A DNA stretch of 64,000 nt, taken from contig CAXHJY010000079.1 in NCBI GenBank assembly GCA_964016885.1, positions 159,096 to 223,095 of the forward strand. Direction: 5' to 3'. Below the pieces are notes generated by a model, which made no database searches, was not told the DNA's origin, and saw only the letters and a program-made list of their open reading frames with translations. Shown piece after piece: positions 59,575 to 64,000 of this stretch. This DNA comes from Eledone cirrhosa (lineage: Eukaryota). How positions within the stretch are numbered: the first letter of the stretch is position 1; each line of letters starts with the position of its first letter. The position numbers were made by a program, and so were the translations under genes.

Positions 59575-59688
<114 letters not shown>

Positions 59689-60069
59689 TGTGTGTGTATG
59701 TGTGTGTGCATGAACCTAATATAACTGTATTTTTGCATTCTTGTGTTTGTTTTGTTTTCTTCATTAACTATATATATATGTGTGTGTGTGTGTTTGTATA
59801 TCTGTGTGCCTATATATATATCAATGTGCGTGTGTGTGTTTGTATATGTGTGCCTATATATATATATTAATATGTGTGTGTGTGTGCAAATACCACCTTA
59901 CTGGATGGTCTCTATATATAAATGTATATGTACCTTTTATTCAGCTCAGTGTGTATTTTTTATGGATTTATATATATGTGTGTGTGTGTGTCTGTGTGTG
60001 TGTGTGTGTCTTTGCTTAGATTCTCAGTATGTTTTTGAATGGAAGTGTATGTGTATATTATAAATATTT

Positions 60070-60627
60070 GTGTATGCGTGTCTGTATGTATGTGTACATG
60101 TATGTATGTGTACATGTATGTATGTGTGTCTGTATGTATGTATGTGTGTCTGTATGTATGTGTCTGTATGTATGTGTACATGTATCTATGTGTACATGTA
60201 TGTATGTGTGTCTGTATGTATGTGTATGTATGTATGTGTACATGTATGTATGTGTACATGTATGTATGTGTACATGTATGTGTGTGTACATGTATGTGTG
60301 TGTGCATGTATGTGTGTGTACATGTATGTATGTGTACATGTATGTGTGTGTACATGTATGTGTGTGTGCATGTATGTGTGTGTACATGTATGTATGTGTA
60401 CATGTATGTATGTGTACATGTATGTGTGTGTACATGTATGTATGTGTCTGTATGTATGTGTACATGTATGTATGTGTACATGTATGTATGTGTGTCTGTA
60501 TGTATGTGTCTGTATGTATGTATGTGTACATGTATGTGTACATGTATGTATGTGTACATGTATGTGTGTGTACATGTATGTATGTGTGTCTGTATGTATG
60601 TGTGTCTGTGTACATGTATGTATGTGT
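60070..60627. repeat. (TATG)/(TGTACA) compound repeat
   Basis: Direct reading. Confidence 0.9.
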
Positions 60628-61249
60628 CCCCCTCCATCTCCAGTCTCACACTACTACTAATAATTTCAATATTTTCATGGTACTTTTCCTCACTTTTCCC
60701 CTCATCAGTTACCCTCTTCTTACATTCCACCCCCCCCCCCCCTCCCCCTCCCTTTGATCTCTCTCTTCCTTTTTTCTATATATTCCTTCTTCTTTCACCT
60801 CACTTCTCTTTCATTCTCTCTCGCTCTCATTTTCTCTCTCTACCTCTCTCTCTCTTTCTCTGCTATTCCTCTATTAAAATATCTACCACTACCACTACTA
60901 CCACCACCATTCCTACCACTACTACCGCTACTACCACTACCACCACCATTACTACCACTACTACCACCACTACTACCACCACTACCACCACCATTACTAC
61001 CACTACCACCACCACTACTACCACTACCACCACTACTACCACTACCATTACTACTACTACTACTACCACCACCATTACTACTACTACTCATTTCAAACAC
61101 TACAATATTTTTGACTCTCTTTCTCTCTCTCTTCATTGGTATTGTTTTTGTAATTGTTGTCATGCTTGCTCTTTTGTGTGTGTATGTATGTATGTATGTA
61201 TGTATGTATGTATGTATGTATGTATGTATGTATGTATGTATGTATGTAT

Positions 61250-61858
61250 GTCAGGTCACCAGTTGGTGCTACTGGTAACATGTATCCCAGTACAACCTGT
61301 CTCATGGTTGTGTCGTTGGCGACTAAACTGGCAACCCCACCAAGGTTTCTTGGTGAGGAGGATGACTTTGGACATCCTGCAGGACTAAAAACAAAACCTG
61401 TCAAAGGGCAAAGGAGCTCTTAAGAGTCAATGGCCATCCAAAATCACCGGGAGAGATGACCCCTTAGCTTTTGTCAAGGCAGAATTCTAGGAGAAGGAAA
61501 ACTCTGATATAACACCTGCAACCCTGATGGTATCCAATGATGTTGACTTGTTCTTCTTTTTGGTAAATATCATCTTGGTTAAAAGAGTGAGACTGGCTTT
61601 GTGCAGTGCCTTTGCTCACTATAAAAGCTTCACGGCACAGGCATTGCTTTATATCTGGAGATCTCTCTGCACATGTCGTCACATGGTACCATGGGCCCAG
61701 CACTATGTGTCAATAATTGTCACAAGTGTAGTGTTTGTACCAGAGTTATCAAGTCGCTGGCTGGACTAAAAAGTCACACTCGTTCAGCGCTTCGGTAGGG
61801 GTTCTCCTACATGGATATAAAGTAGTGGCCGTGCTCGAAAACGAGTTGGCAGCCACCA
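61250..61858 (+). mobile_element. Family C non-autonomous retroelement, longest copy (~610 bp)
   Basis: Flanked by (TATG)n on both sides; motifs TGTCG..GGCGACTAA and CTAGGAGAAGGAAAACTCTG recalled from RTE 5' UTRs; no credible ORF. Confidence 0.75.
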
Positions 61859-62872
61859 TGTATGTATGTATGTATGTATGTATGTATGTATGTATGTATG
61901 TATGTATGTATGTATGTATGTATGTGTATGTATGCATATATGTGCATACCATTTTTTTTACAAAATTCCCAACACTATATATATATATATATAGTGTGTG
62001 TAATGTGAAGTTACTGTAAATATATATGTATATATATCATCATATATATATCATCATATATATACATATATATCATCATATATATACATATATATCATCA
62101 TATATATATATATATCATCATATATATATATATATTTCATCATATATATATATATATCATCATATATATATATATATATATCATCATATATATATATATA
62201 TCATCATATATATATATATATATATATCATCATATATATATATATCATCATATATATATATATAATGATATATATACATATATATATATGATGATATATA
62301 TGTATATATATATGATGATATATATATATATATATATCATCATATATATATATATATATATATCATCATATATATATATATATATATCATCATATATATA
62401 CATATATATCATCATATATATACATATATATCATTATATATATACATATATATCATATATATATATATATATTATCATATATATACATATATATCATCAT
62501 ATATATATACATATATAACATCATATATATACATATATATCATCATATATATATATGTATATATATCATCATATATATACATATATATCATCATATATAT
62601 ATCCCTGCTAACTTGAGTTGAATGTATCGTCAGTACCTAGTCGTAGCTACTGTCCCCCCAGTCAGAGTAATGAGCCACATCTCATTTGCATAAGCTCCCG
62701 TACTCAACCGAATACACTGGGTACATTTTATCATAGCACCGGCACTAAGAAGGTTGTCATGTCTTTGACTCAGCTGAAGAGTCTTATCAATGATGTCCTA
62801 CCCCTCATCAACCACTTCACAAAGTGCACTGGGTGCATTTATTAAAGGTTGTCATATATATCTTTATTTTAT

Positions 62873-63073
62873 ATAGAAATGACTTCTACAGATATAGAAC
62901 TGTTTCATTCGTATGGAATCATTCAGGAATTTCCTGATGATTTCATACAAGTGAAACAGTTCTAGTCCTGTAGAAGACATTTCTATACAAAATAAAATTA
63001 CTTATACTCTACCATTGTATTGAGTAACTTTTTAAACTGTGTTCACCTTCCGATCTTCATCAGGAATCCACCC
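62873..63073 (+). mobile_element. Family A fragment: inverted HHR pair plus tail; plus-strand HHR (62931-62975) has an intact core
   Basis: TTC-CTGATGA-TTTCATACAAGT-GAAA-CAG-TTCTAGTC-CTG-TA-GAA; tail TACTC..GTATTGAGTA. Confidence 0.8.
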
Positions 63074-63119
63074 ATATATATAAATACACACACACACTAT
63101 ATCTCTATATATATATATA

Positions 63120-63303
63120 GAGGCACATGGCTTAGTGGTTCAATTCTCGGACTGGGTGATGTATTGTTTCCTTGAGCAAGACACTTTATTTCAGCTGTAG
63201 AAATGAGATGATAGGGACTGGGGTCCCTATCATTCCACTGCAAAGTGGTTGTGGACCCCTTGCAAGCAGGGAAAAACAGATGTAAAATGATGATGATGAT
63301 GAT
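63120..63303 (+). mobile_element. SINE family D, internally deleted
   Basis: Head, core and GCAAGCAGGGAAAA..GTAAAATGATGAT tail. Confidence 0.8.
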
Positions 63304-63383
63304 ATATATATATAATATATATATATATAAAATAATAAGTGTAAGTCAAACATGTTAAAGTTGGCTTTGTTTATTCCAATTCG

Positions 63384-63436
63384 CTGTTATACATATTTCA
63401 GTGACAGCCATTATTGGCTGTGACCTCATCAGGCAA
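63384..63436 (-). ncRNA. Minimal hammerhead ribozyme (fifth family), weak stem I
   Basis: Minus: CTGATGA-GGTCACAGCCA-ATAA-TGGCTGTCACT-GAAA-T-ATGT-A-TA; lies in insertion ~63330-63660 with a GTTGAGTGC tail on plus. Confidence 0.7.
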
Positions 63437-63684
63437 TAAGAATTAAGGCAGAAAAAACAGGAAAACATGATGTTGTAATGGGTTCTACTCTGTTAATTCA
63501 TCAATATGTCCAGCTCCTGGATGTGTTGTTAGTCCTCAAAGGAATTGGAATCATATCATTACATTACTCTAGAGTGAACAAACCAACCTGCACACTTTGT
63601 TGAGTGCTCCTACCCGCATACTGAGGTGTTGGTAAACAACCAACACATACTCAAAATTGATATATATATATATATATATATAAA

Positions 63685-63875
63685 TAATTGTTTCTACTTT
63701 AGGCACAAGGCCAGCAATTACTCAGTGCATTACTGGTACTTTATTTTATCGACCCCGTAAGGATGAAAGGCAAAGTCAACCTCGGCGGGATTTGAACTCA
63801 AATCGTAAAGGGACGTAACTATGCTGGAAAGCATGGCGTCCGACCCTTTACTGATACTGCCAATCCACCGCCCTT
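63685..63875 (-). mobile_element. SINE family E, full length
   Basis: Near-identical to 6573-6756. Confidence 0.88.
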
Positions 63876-64000
63876 ATATATATATAAATAATGATCCTGT
63901 GAGCAAACCGGTGAAACTCCTATTTAGCCATAATATATATATGTATGTGAGAAGAACCTATGTGCCTGTCGTATAGAATTAAACTCCATTAATTCTCATC

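Noticed and set aside
62774-62830. CTGAAGA as a hammerhead core
   Set aside because: No downstream GAAA or stem III

Overview
AT-rich animal genomic DNA dominated by microsatellites. The SINE families match my recollection of octopod cephalopod repeats (inference). Almost all ORF-track entries are (TA)n/(TG)n/(GGT)n artefacts. The one real long ORF is a near-complete Penelope-like retroelement (PLE) on the minus strand at 53242-55359. It encodes RT plus a GIY-YIG endonuclease with Naiad-type motifs. It is followed by a ~1.1 kb 3' UTR and a terminal hammerhead ribozyme (HHR) with a non-canonical U3:A8 core. About 15 further short insertions lie mostly in or beside (TA)n tracts and belong to at least five sequence families. 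They share one design: minimal type-I HHR, a conserved ACTC...TTGAGT(A/G)C element 40-60 nt from the 3' end, and often a 5' fold-back inversion that breaks in or next to the ribozyme. Also present are two tRNA-derived SINE families (one with swappable 3' tails, one tail shared with a LINE in the window), several RTE-type LINE 3' fragments, a non-autonomous element with a structured leader, Tc1/mariner-like and TTAA-flanked MITEs, and many minisatellites, some born inside TEs. A few weak minus-strand candidate exons suggest the window may be intronic to a host gene.
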